This document shows positions 1 through 12,465 of a stretch of DNA of 64,000 nt, one piece after another (position 1 is the stretch's first letter; each line of letters starts with the position of its first letter). The notes beneath the pieces are model-generated. The model had not been told where the DNA came from. It saw only the letters and a list, made by a program, of their open reading frames with translations, and made no database searches. Origin of the DNA: Macrostomum lignano. Lineage: Eukaryota. The translations under genes and the position numbers were made by a program. The DNA is taken from the NCBI GenBank assembly GCA_002269645.1, contig NIVC01000019.1, positions 186,001 to 250,000 of the forward strand, in the 5' to 3' direction.

Positions 1-1119
1 TTGTTTTAGAATGACTTTAGATTTAAGAATGTATGCAAAAACAGTTCCAGGGATTGGAATTCAGTGGGTTAAAAATCTGTGGGTTTTAACAACTCATTTT
101 TTATAAAAATTAAAAGAATTGTGCTAGCAAGAAATTTTTTATAGTTGATAATCAAAAAAAATTTTTGGCAATGACAAAACTCAAACTCACAACCTTATGC
201 ACATGACCCCAAATATCACACCATGATACCAGAAAAAACTTAAACTTGTTAGCACTAGGCCTAGGCCTATAGCTAATATTGCTTTTTGAATTAGTATTTG
301 GTAGATACGAGCTACATCAGTTTCCCAAACAGGTTTTTGGCAAATCAACTTTCAGCTAAAATGTATTTGGCGAATCAACTTTTGGCAAAAAGGTTTTTGG
401 CAAATCATCTAGTATTTGGCTTAATAGATAATAGGCAACAACATAAAATCCTACCAAAGATATATTGAATAGGTCTAGAGAATACTTTAATAAATGTACA
501 TAATAACAATAAGGTTGGTCTAGGCCTACATAACATGAGCCATAGCCATAGTATATGAATATACCTTTTGTTTATAGCTAGGCCTACACTAGGCTTAGTC
601 CACATTACCTAGTCTAGAATCCTAGATGTAGAGGCCTAGCTATGCCCTAAATGTATAGGCCGCAACGACTATTTGTCTGTGTTCCAATTCCAATGATTAG
701 GCCTATTAATGACATGATATTCGATCAAAATTAAATTTTTTTATTTTCCATTTAAACTAAATTTACATACATAATTTCGGGCCTATTACATCGCATCGGC
801 GTCATTCATCGCATCAGTCGAAGATCGACATGCTCCATCAATGCAAAATCGAAATCGAATGGATGATGAATTCACGCTTGGGCGATTCTCATCGTAGTAG
901 TAGTAGTAGTAGTAAATTTGGCTCAGGCAAGGAGCCTGTTTTGCCAGTATTATACGATGTATTTAGTATTTGTTTACAAGGTTAAATATTTATACACGAT
1001 CGCTGAAAACGATCGAGTTACGATATTTGTATAAGTAAGGTATTTAAAAGAGCGTCTGGAATTTTTTTACGGTTTTTTTCAGCCGACTAACCACTAACGA
1101 CAGAACGACAAGATTCTAG

Positions 1120-1379
1120 GGGCCTTTTCATATTACCAATTCCAGAACCAGAATCGGTTCTGAATTCCAAGAAAAACAGCAGTATAACTATTAAACTCTG
1201 TTAATATTTGACTGCCTTAACAACCTAACTTAGCACAATTTTTCACTTTCTTCTTGGCGATTGTCATTCAATAATAAAAACTTTATAGCACGTATCTCCC
1301 TCTAGTTATGGAGACAAAAAGTTATACTTCACAAATTGGTTCTGGTTCTGGAACCAGAGCAAGCAATATGAAAAGGCCC
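1120..1379. mobile_element. MITE, PIF/Harbinger-like (260 bp)
   Basis: TIR GGGCCTTTTCATATT ... AATATGAAAAGGCCC; 3-bp direct repeat TAG on both sides (1117-1119, 1380-1382); no ORF. Superfamily inferred from GGGCC termini and 3-bp TSD. Confidence 0.75.
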
Positions 1380-3957
1380 TAGGGTCGTTCTCAAAGCTAG
1401 GTCACAACTTTTTGTTATTGCAAAAAAAGTTTATACATCGACCAATAATCGTACAAAAAAAATTCTTTCGACAATTTCTGTAAGAAGCTGCTACTAAAAC
1501 CACAAGAAAACTTGAAATTGACAAGAAATCAAGGCTATTTGTTATTCTTTGTTGCGGAAAATAAACGACAAAAATATTAAAGAGAAAATAAAATTTTCTT
1601 CTATTTTTATTTTAAATATGCAGTTAAATTTCTTTTGCAAAAATAAAAGAACAAGAAATTGACAAAGGAAATGTTTTTGAGCACAGCATTTTGTTACTCT
1701 GCTCTAAATCCCAGACATTTAAAATTATCGTGTGCGAAAAAGTGCGAAATTATTATAGCATGCACTCGAAAGGACTTCGATCAGTTTAACTAATCACTGA
1801 ATTAAGAAGTCTAAATAAGTCTTGAAAGGTTGAATTAAAAATCAAGTTTTCACTATGTATCTTTTCAAAGTTAAGATGATTCGACAAATAAAGAATGTTC
1901 ATTTTTATGGTGAATAGAATTGTTTTCATTTTTACAATAAATATAATAAAATCTAACTAATAATAGAAAAAGTCAGGGAACTATCCTTGAACACCAAAAA
2001 GCACATTGTGGATTTAATATCGACTGCATGTTCCTTAATAAAGGAATTCGGATACTAGTATATATTTGATTATTTGTAGCATAATTTCTGAAAACTATAA
2101 CTTGCTTGATTTTACTTTAAGTACTTATTACATTAATACTTATACCAAAGCTACATGTACTTAAAACAAAAAATTATAGTTACTTATTAGACATTTTACT
2201 CCAATTAACTTAAAATAATTCAAATTTATTTTAATTTATTTATTTTTTGAAACTTTTTGGAAAATAAAAAAAATTGAATTATTAAATTACCAAAAACCTA
2301 CTAGCTTAACTAAAATAGCAATTAGTCTTTAAGAAAAGATTTCACTTGTTAATTGAGAAAAATGAGGATGTGCGAGGTGTAAAAATGCGAAAGAGCATGC
2401 AGGAAACAGAGACAAACAAAAATGTAGGTAAAAGACACTGCACATGCACATAATATGATAACCAGACATAATGCGCACACTGAAACACCAGTAGCAATGA
2501 CGCCCAAGCTTTTGATGATCACAAGCGAAAAGGCAAAACCCAGCCATCTAATCAAAGAAGTAGACTATAGCACGCATATTGAGTGCATCACGCATTTTTT
2601 GCAGAGAAGCTCGAAAATTAACATTGTATTCTGTGCACAACCACCAACTGCGACAGGGTCTGCCGGGGGATTTGTGGGCACGCGGTCGCGGATACAAATC
2701 GGAGGAGTCGCTGACCATTCTGAAATTACAAGCTAGTACATGTAATTTTGTGTATTAATATATTTAGCCCGCTTTATTTCTATGCTCTCGTCCGCCTCTC
2801 GTTAATGCATCCCCAGACTCATGCAAAAATTAAACTTATGATCGAACTATGCATGGCTTCCGTCCCTCGCTTTGAGTCTCTCACCTCCCCATAGTTCCAT
2901 CAACCTTACCGTAGTGGCTTCCTATGCAAAAATCATCCCTCCGCATCTTACACAGGCTACTTCAGGCTGTAGACTGTACTACACTATTAATTAGTTGCGC
3001 TAAGGAATCTACATGTATTTTGCTCGCAGCGCAGCGCGCTGCTCAAAGAAGTTTAGATCTATCTAGATATTCTAGTAATTTCAGGTTTGTCCATAGACTA
3101 GAGCTCATGAGATGAGAATTCCATTAACTAGTACATTTAATATGAATGAACTGCGTGTGTGTGAGTGCTGTGCATACATATGTATAATATACGAGTAGTT
3201 TATGGGCCAAATTATTGTGTGGCACAATTCTTGGCATCACTCAGCAGGCACAAGATGCAGTTAAGCAGCGCACGAAAATTCTACAAAAGAAATTGAGCCT
3301 GGTTGAGGTGATGCGAGGAGGCAGATCCACACAATCTCAGTGAATACACCAGACTGCACCAGATACGAGTCCAGTCGAATGTGCGCACTGGTCTAAGCAG
3401 CACACGCATGTCCTTCTGACAATGACGGCACCTAGCTTCGTCCAAGCCTTTGCCAGCGTCACTGACAGCGTCAATACTACCATGCAGTGCCACCTGCAGC
3501 ACCGACAACGGCAATTCCTCCAGTTAGCCCACAACAGTGGCTAAACTGAGGGACAGGGAACCTACCCACAGAAGACACACACATACACACACAGCACCGG
3601 CAGCAGCACTCTGACAGCATAACCTAAAGCTCCATGAGCTCAGTTTTCAAGCATTGAAGAAGCAGAAGCAGTCATCTTGGATCCAGGGATCAGGAAGAGT
3701 GTTGCATGTCCGACATGTGCTGTTTCCGTGGAAAAAGGTGATGGAGCAAATTAATCAACACTTACTATCTAGCTCGTATTAAGACTAAAAAACTGAGGCA
3801 AGCTGGGATTAAACCAAAGAAAATTTTTACTATACCTTTTTACCATACTTTTACTATACTTCTATAGTATAGTAGAGAGGTACTCTATTTAAATGCAGTA
3901 AGAAGTGAAACAAATTTATATATTTAATTATTAAATTAAAATAATTCAAGGTAAATA

Positions 3958-5626
3958 CCCGGCGGTAAAAATCACGTCGAAATGACGTCGATATTCGCCC
4001 TTTAAAGACTATCGCCGAATTAGTTGTCGGTTGAACCTTCATTCGACGTCGAAATTTCGATATGAATTATTTTATCTTCTCATTTGCCAAATATATCATT
4101 TATGATATTTTACAATGTTTTCTTCAACGTGATTGCGAGTTTACAAAATTGACCTAAAAATTCAGTACAACAGAGGTTATATTTTTTGTTTTAACTCAGC
4201 GCTAGATACGCGCATTTTTTTAAAATATCGCCATGCGATGTCGATTTATTATTTTTGATGCCTAACTTATATACATAAATGTTTAACTTATACTTCTGTA
4301 TTACGCATGGCAGCTTCTTCCTTTCAATGCATTTTTTATATTTGTCGCTGTATTAATGTGTGATTGTGTGTCATAAATTGTGTGTATAATTTGGTTTAAC
4401 ATAATATTGCTGCCTAGAGTTTTAATCGTTTATATATGTATAAGCGAATCAATAAAGTAGCCATAAATTTTTTATTGTTTGTTTTGCTGTCATTGCTGTT
4501 AATTATCTTTCCAGTCAAGAGGAACAACAAAGATAATTGTTCATTTTCCTCTTTTATTTGCTTTGCTGTTATTGTTACTTCTCATTTTTTATTTCACATT
4601 TTACATTTTTGAGTGTAGTTCTAGTTAGACTCAATATCATCTTTTGTCCATTATGTCATGCTTTTGCTAGTTCTTTATCAAGTCAAAATTGCAGAAAGTA
4701 AAGAAGTTGTAGTTTGTGTTTGTAGCATATGCTCATAGTTACAGTAAAAACTAAATTGCAATGGCCAAATAATTGCTGAGCTCTAAGCAAAAGAAGAAAT
4801 AATTAAAATAAAGACTGATAGAATAAATATATTTTGTATGTAGTTTTTATAATTGCTTATAAACCCTACCGTTCTTTAGTATGATGCTATTAGATGTATG
4901 TAGTTTAGTATATCAGAGCAGACCATTTTTAGTATATATATTTTGAGATTAGAGATTTAGTATAGGTGCATTTATTATATTTAGATGTTGCTATTGATTA
5001 AGTGTAACTACTGTATTAAATGTATACTCTGTTGCCATTGCGTGTATCCGTGTATCATTGCTCACAGTTTTTCATCGTTTTTTTCTCATCGTTGCTTTCT
5101 GTTCGCAATTGCTGGATGCCGATTTCCATGATCGTTTCCAATTGCTGCTGAATTGGAATTGAATACACGGTACTATACTTTTTTCATGGTTGCAAGATTA
5201 TTGCAATTTGCGCGGATAGCAAATGAAACGTCAGCCCTATTTAGCATTTTTATGCCTTAACACTTCTTTTACTGCTTAGAGTATTTCAGCGTATGAGTTA
5301 TAAAACTTATGTTCCGTCAGCTGTAAGTTACGTACATGTAGTTTATGGCTAATTGTATGAAACATTGCTCTAGCATATTAATAATATTAAGTACTAGTAT
5401 TAATAGCCATAATATTAAAATCGAAAATTTGTCGAAAATCGCCATTTACTTTCTGTGATCGACGAGTATAAACGACGTCGATTTTTCGCCATCAATAGTG
5501 GAAAACACGACGTCGCATACTCGACATCTGATGGCGAAAATTTCGACGTCGAAATCGTGGTTCAAATCGACATGAAATTTCGACGTCGCTTTTCGACGTC
5601 ATTTCGACGTGATTTTTACCGCCGGG
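3958..5626. mobile_element. Non-autonomous TIR DNA transposon, possibly CMC/EnSpm-like (about 1.67 kb)
   Basis: 34-bp perfect TIR CCCGGCGGTAAAAATCACGTCGAAATGACGTCGA flanked by TA on both sides; multiple subterminal CGACGTCG palindromes; AT-rich non-coding interior. Confidence 0.75.
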
Positions 5627-7102
5627 TAACTAATTTAACCAATTTATTAGGAGTACATGTATTTATTATAATAAATTGATTTTTATACCTTACACGAAAT
5701 AAGCTCTACATTCATTTCTTAGCTTGGGGCCCATCTGTATAAGGTCAGTTTCTTCAAAATGCTGATTAATTAATTAAGGCCTGTTGTCTTTACTTAAATT
5801 TATAAGGGCATCTTAGAAGTTAATATTACTATATAATACATGTATAATATTATTACTATATTATAATAATATAGTTGCAATTTTAATGACTATTGAATAA
5901 GTCTAAATGCTTCCCCTATTGACTCTAAATATATGGTACCTTTCCCTTCAGAAAAAATTAGCATAGAATGACTTGATGAAAACAAAAAAAATCATTTCGA
6001 GATACACATTTGCTGATCATTCAGGTCAAATTTCAAGGTCCAGTTTTGCACATGTTTCTCTGTAGCTTGGTTACAAGGATTTTAATAAAAATATAATAAA
6101 TATGTCCAATGAACTAACTGATACATAGCCAAATTGAAGTATTTTCAAAAACAAAAAAAATCATTTGCTCAGTTTACTTTACTGGATATCTGTGTAAAAT
6201 TTCAGCTCAAAAGGTGCTCCATGGAGAATGCTAGTGTGGTTACAGGATATTTATTTTGTGCTTCAAAGTAGGAGTTAATTGCGATGCATGGTTGCTTTTA
6301 ATTATTTTTATCAACAATAGTGCTCTATTTCATAACAATTTTTTACAAAAAGATAATAAGACATGTTTTTCTAATTATCTGCATCAAAATGTATCATTTT
6401 AAGCGCACATTCTAGACGTCAGCTGAAAAATACATTTTGTGAGACGCAAAGAGGCTATCCCACCGGAAATGCTAGGCGTCCAGTTTAGCGTCTATAAAAT
6501 CATTTATAGTGCAGTTTATTGAGCTTTAAAAAATTCTTAAATTAAATTTATATAAGCTTTCATTTTAAATGTAATATAGCAAGGTTTCAACACAACAACA
6601 ACTTGTTTTAGCTACAGACATCTTGTAGTATCAAAAATTAACATCGGTGAAATGATTGAATTTGAATTTTTTCATCGCTAATTATCGCTTAATACCGCCA
6701 GATGATTAAAAACACTTTTTCATGATAAAGTTCAACCCAAAAATTATCTTTATTCACAGATAAAAGTGTCCTATTATTTTGAATATGGCAGTAACAATAG
6801 TAAATGTTCGGAAAATTGTTAAAATTTTTGCTCCTCCTAGAATTTGCGAACGACCCCCTAGATCGAGAGGTTTTGAAATGGAAATCGAAAATTGAAATTT
6901 TCCGTAGTTTATTCGTTTGAATCGAAATAAACTTTAATGCAAGAAGTAATGAGACTATAGGACTAATAAGAAGATAAATATTGTCGCCAATCATTTGCAT
7001 TTTTATTTATATACTGCGCTACATACAATTAAAGACAGTTAAAAATAGACAGAAAAAATATTTTTCTTAGAAAAATGGTTTTGACTCGAGAGAGAATATT
7101 GT

Positions 7103-7408
7103 GGGTCTTTTCACAGTTACCGATTCCAGAACCAAAATCGGTTTAGATCTTCCAAAAAAGCAGTATAACAATTTTACTTTGTTGAATGTTTGACTGCCTT
7201 AACAGACCTACTTTGCACAATTTTTCACTTTTTCCTTGGCTATTGACTGTCATTCAATAATTAAAAGTTTATAGCATGCATGCATGTGATGAATAGGCCT
7301 ACGATCCTATCCCTTTGGCTTTAGTTTAAGAGACATGAGGTTAGGCCTATACCTTATAAAATATATCTGGTTCTAAAACCAAAACAAGCAATGTATATGA
7401 AAAGGCCC
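7103..7408. mobile_element. Diverged second copy of the 1120-1379 MITE
   Basis: Colinear similarity (ttccagaacc, cagtataac, tttgactgccttaaca, gcacaatttttcactt, gtcattcaataat) and right TIR ATATGAAAAGGCCC; left TIR degenerate. Confidence 0.7.
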
Positions 7409-8031
7409 TATAGATTATGAATCTGAATAGAAAGGTTCAAATTGAATTAAAATTGGGCAAAACTGCAAAATATATTGCTTGTTCTAGTTTTGAAACTGAG
7501 TGGAATCAGATCAAATTTGTCAAGTAAAACTCTTTATTCATTCATTTTTAGTAGCAATGCCACCTATCCATTTTTGCTAAGCAACTAAAGCCTATCATAT
7601 TACATTATAATGGCCTATTCATGATTCTTAGACTTAATCAAGAGTTTAAGTAGGCCCTATAGCCTATAGTCTATACATGTAGGCCTATATATAATGTATA
7701 AGAGTAGAGTAGGCCTAGGATTATATATTTTGGTTCTTGGACACTTTGTCATCTTACCACTTCGTCATCCACATTACTAATATAGACACTTTATTATCTA
7801 CTCCCTGGACACTTTGTCATCCACTTTTTGTATGAAAAACTTTGCTATATGTAACATGTATACTTGTTCATGCAAATACATGTATAAAGATAAAGATTAA
7901 ACTATATATGTATATATATCTATATATAGTTGCCCTCCTCCTTATTATATTCTAGGCTTGGGACCAGACAATAGCAAAGTTACAACCCACAAAGATAGTC
8001 AATAAATACTATAATTTGTAGCTATATATAG

Positions 8032-8817
8032 GGCTCATTCCATATAAGATGGACATATTTGGAAAATAGAAAAAAGTCAATATTTTTGCTTGCCATTGCC
8101 TAATTAGCCTATTTTTTTTACCAAATGTTTATATTGTGCAATATATACAATCTAAGAATAAAGGAATGGTAAAATGATGGATTAGTATGTTATCAATTGG
8201 CAAAAAGTCATTTTTGTAAAAATTTGGACATTTTTCGAAGCAAAAGACATCATTAAGATTTTGTACCTTTTAAAAACAAATAGAAAGCTTTTGAAGGTTG
8301 AAACAAACTATAGATAAAAGTATAGTACTTGCATCATCAGATAAAAGCATTGGTGACCAAATAATCTATTATATTTTTAATGTATTAGTACCTCAAAGTT
8401 ACTGAATTGACAGAAAAAATATGTTACGACCATAATGTTACGACCATAAGGCTGCCTTTTCTTTTGTATCTTTGTTGCCTTTTGAGTTTATATATTCTAA
8501 TAAAAGAATATGATTTCTAAAGATGTTCTTAGTCAAATTTTAAAAATGTATTGCAAAATATCAAAAATGAAAAATGTTATAAGACTTTTACCTTTTAGTT
8601 TCTATATGTCAAAAATCCTGTCGTTACGACCATAAGTGTCATTTAAGGTTTAATAGCATCTATACTAATGATGATATCTATATGAAACTCTATAAATATA
8701 TTCTAGACAAAATAATCTTTCATTTAAAATATTGGTTTAGTATATTCTATTATTAGATTTCATTTTATAAGTAAAAATAACCTGTCATGTTACGACCATG
8801 CTTATATGGAATGAGCC
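8032..8817. mobile_element. MITE nested in the MULE (786 bp)
   Basis: 17-bp perfect TIR GGCTCATTCCATATAAG / CTTATATGGAATGAGCC; ATAG direct repeat on both flanks; internal GTTACGACCAT repeats (about 8423, 8438, 8622, 8789). Superfamily unassigned. Confidence 0.75.
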
Positions 8818-9229
8818 ATAGGTACAAAGATCACAAAGTTCACAAAGCACAAAGAGAATAGCATTAATATTTATATATTTAAATTACTACAAAATTAATA
8901 GTACTAGGCCTAGCTAATATTAAGCAAAAATTGCATACTTGCAAGTATGATTTTTTCCTAACAGAATAATTCCATGGCTAATTTAAAAAATCAAGCAAGA
9001 ACTTATATACATTTAATATGTACTCATCAATGGCCTTGCACTTGACTGCCAAACTGAGGGATATGACCCAGGCAAGAGCAGCTAAGCAGGAAGCTGCAGA
9101 TGGAAAGTTTGCCAGCTTGATATTTAGCCCAGTTGCACTCTGCAGACTCCTATAGCTGCTGGTAATGCAACTTGCACTGGTGCTCTTAGGCTCCTTGCTC
9201 ACGCACTAGGTAGGCATAAACTGGCACAA

Positions 9230-9755
9230 GCTTGGCTTCCTTGTGCAGCATGTTCCGCCCGCTGCTTTAGTTGCCAGTGCCAGCCTTCGCACTTGTTGTT
9301 AGTTTGAGTCAACGGGGCAAACATGCTTATCTCTTGGACACTATGCACAGGGCTGTCCAGCCAGGTGCTAGTGACATACTCGGCAAGGTCGAGTTGTTCT
9401 GGAGACTAAACACCAGCGATAACCTAGGCAAGCCCACTAGCTATGTGTTTGCCTGGCAGATAAGGCAAGGCCATCAGCAAGCGGCAGAATTCTTGCATGC
9501 CAGGGTCCTTAAGATAAGCTCGCTGGAGGCCCATGTGCTATACATAGCAAAAAATTGCTTGAGAGTAGTAGAATAGGCAGCCCTGCAATTTAGCATGAGG
9601 AAAAATAGAGCATAGTGACTGCCAGACAGCAGCTTCAAAATCAAGCATGTATGACTTAGGACATGCCTGGCCTCAATTACATTCTTAAGTAAATTAAAGA
9701 TAGAATTGTAATCATGCATAGACTCCTTGACATCAAAGCAAATGCAAGCAAGCAG
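9230..9755 (-). pseudogene. MULE transposase remnant
   Basis: Manual translation gives LAFALMSR (frameshift) SMHDYNSIF ... PKSYMLDFEAAVWQSLCSIFPHAKLQGCLFYYSQAIF..*..GLQRAY..DP...LLMALPYLP ... YVTSTWL ... TNNKCEGWH. This matches the MULE core pattern DFE..A..FP..GC.FH..QA / ALP.LP / TNN..EGWH, with several stops and frameshifts. Confidence 0.8.
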
Positions 9756-10161
9756 AACATTCTTCAAAGTAGTGCCTTGGCAATTTGAGGTGGGGGTGGA
9801 GAAAGAAAATAAATTGGTTTGGAAATTGGGATTAGGGTTTCCTCGAAACCAGTTAGCGTTACATTTGTACAAATAAAGCCATAAAATCGTGCAGACAAAT
9901 CACAACGAATTTCTTCTCCTTTTACTCTGATAGCTAGGTTCTTAAGTCTGGGGAGGGTAGTCGTAATTGTAGCGGAGCAGTTGTAGAGTGGCACGGTCAT
10001 TTAGATATAGAAACACCAGAGATTGCTGACACCGTAGATTAATGTGTCATTTGCTAAGCTGGTTACTTTTCAGTAGGGTAGTTGCTGCCACCACCATAAT
10101 TTACATATTACGGAAGTAAAGGGTCTCAGAGCTTTTTTACGCCCCACAGGCAAATGATTCA

Positions 10162-10163
<2 letters not shown>

Positions 10164-10219
<56 letters not shown>
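10164..10219. repeat. (TA)n microsatellite
   Basis: Uninterrupted AT dinucleotide run. Confidence 0.95.
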
Positions 10220-10222
<3 letters not shown>

Positions 10223-12465
10223 TTCCAGGTGTGGGGCCTGAGCTCGCCAACACTGGGGCCATGCAATGGCTATTGAGTAAAACTGACTGAAAACACGCAG
10301 AAAATGATTAAAAACAACTAATGAATATGCATTGGGCCAGAAATTGGGAAAACAAATTTCAACAAATGGTCCATACTTGGGGCCAACAGAGGGAAAGATG
10401 GGGTCCTTGAACTATAGTTGGCTGCATGGGTTGGCACTCACGCAAGAAAATATTGACATGCATTTGAATAACAATTATAATAAATTTAATTAACTGTAGC
10501 AACCCCACTGCCACAAATTCAATTAAAATTACAATGAGCACTAGTATCTACACATACATACTCGTACATTAAAGTGTGCATATGCAAACTATGTATAGAT
10601 TATGTATATTGGATGCCAATTATAGTGACAAATTGAATTTCTAAGTGTGTATTTAATCCTATATTTTACAGACTAAATTGATTGAGTAACAATTTATAAC
10701 AATAACAATCAAATAACAATTTACAGCCTTGCTAAATCTTGAGATGATGAAGTGTCCTCAAAATTTGGTCACTTTGTTATCTAGATTTATTAACAATTTT
10801 TTGATATGATGAAGCATCCAGAACCATCAAGATGACAAAGTGGTTAGATGATGAAGTGTCTAGAAACCATATATTTCTATATTTATAGCCCATTTACACA
10901 AAAATTCCTATAATATAGGCTTACAAACTGATATACATGATTCAAAATTAAGGATTAATATATATATATATAATAAGAAAAAATGTATATATACTTATTA
11001 CTTAGGCCTATAGTTATATATTACTTAGGCCTATAGTTATATAATGATTAGACTACATAATTTAGCAGATAGTAAGAGGGACTAGTTCTGTTCTCTTTGT
11101 TTCTTTGTGTAAGTACTTTTATATGGAATATATAGGGTATATGCCCTATAGTACAATTTGTCCTGTATAGGCCTACCCTATAATATACCCTACAATTTTG
11201 CAATATTACAACAAATTCAAACATAGCAACGTGACCCTTGCATGTCAAAAGTTAGGCGTGGCTGTGTGCATAGTTGGTATGCATTACTCCTAAGAAAATA
11301 GTATATATAAGCCCTACAAACCTGGTATGCACTTCATAGAATCATGAGGACAATTTAAGATTAAGTGGAAAACAGATTAGAAAGTTCATTTTTAATATAT
11401 TCTTAATAGATAATAGGTAACAACAAAAAATCCTAGCTAAGATATGTTGGAAAAAGATTAAGGTCTAGATTAGAAAGTTCATTTTAAGCATAAATTTCAA
11501 GCTTTCTATTTTTTAAAGCTTATAATAAGGCATTTTAACATTGTTTCTGCATGTTAATTTTCTGCTATAAATAGTATAAGCAAGAAAAAAATAATCAACC
11601 AAATTATTAGCCAATAGGGTCCTTTACATAATGCAAAAGATCATGTACTGTTGAAATAAGAAAAGGTCATTTGTTGTCACAACACTAGCTTAGATTTGAA
11701 AGTGGGCATGCACTCAAAAATTTTTGGTGTGCATTTGTAATTATTTAATTTTTGTTTAGGTGTGCACCTAGCATGGTCTGGACTATAGGAGCCTTAAAGA
11801 TGACTATTATAATAGATGGCTTGCCACCAGTACCAACTAGGAAAAAATTGAGGCAGTAGCTTAACTATTTGATAAGAATTGCCAAAGTCAAGTTGCCACA
11901 ATTGTACATACTGGGCATCTTAGATGGGTCAGTGAATAGATAGTGGTTCAAAGTAAAAGTAAACAATGGCTATTTTTGCCACTGTAGGAGACCCTTGCCT
12001 TTGTTAGAGACCTGACATCCTGTTGCATCCACTGCTTAGACTAGTTCTTAATTCTGGAATCAAATGGTAGTCAGGTCAGTGATATGCTAGAGAAAGCCCA
12101 GCTTTCTTGTTGCATTATCTGATAGAACTTATGAGCAGACATATTCTATGTGGTTCTTATTAGTAAGAAAGTGAGACCCATCTGGCTGCGACATGCTTGA
12201 GCTAGAGGTCATAGACAAAGATGTCATGAATTGATAGTGGTCCTGGGGTGGTCATTTCCTCAGACTCAGACAGCTTGCAGATGGTCAGTTTTCCTCATAT
12301 GTAGGCTTGTTTTTTTTGAAGCTAGCTAATATTGCTACTCATTTCTAGCCAATGTATGATCTGCTATTGATACATAAATAAATACAATTAAAATAAATAT
12401 TCTTGCTCAATAGACAATTCTACTAGAAACTTCATACTATGAATCAATTTATGCAATATTGAACA

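Larger units (their letters stand above)
7732..10868 (-). mobile_element. Mutator-like (MULE) DNA transposon, defective
   Basis: Imperfect TIRs built from GGACACTTTGTCATC-type repeats (about 7732-7830 vs 10740-10868); 9-bp TSD ATATATTTT/ATATATTTC; internal degenerate MULE transposase; nested MITE and (TA)n. Confidence 0.75.
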
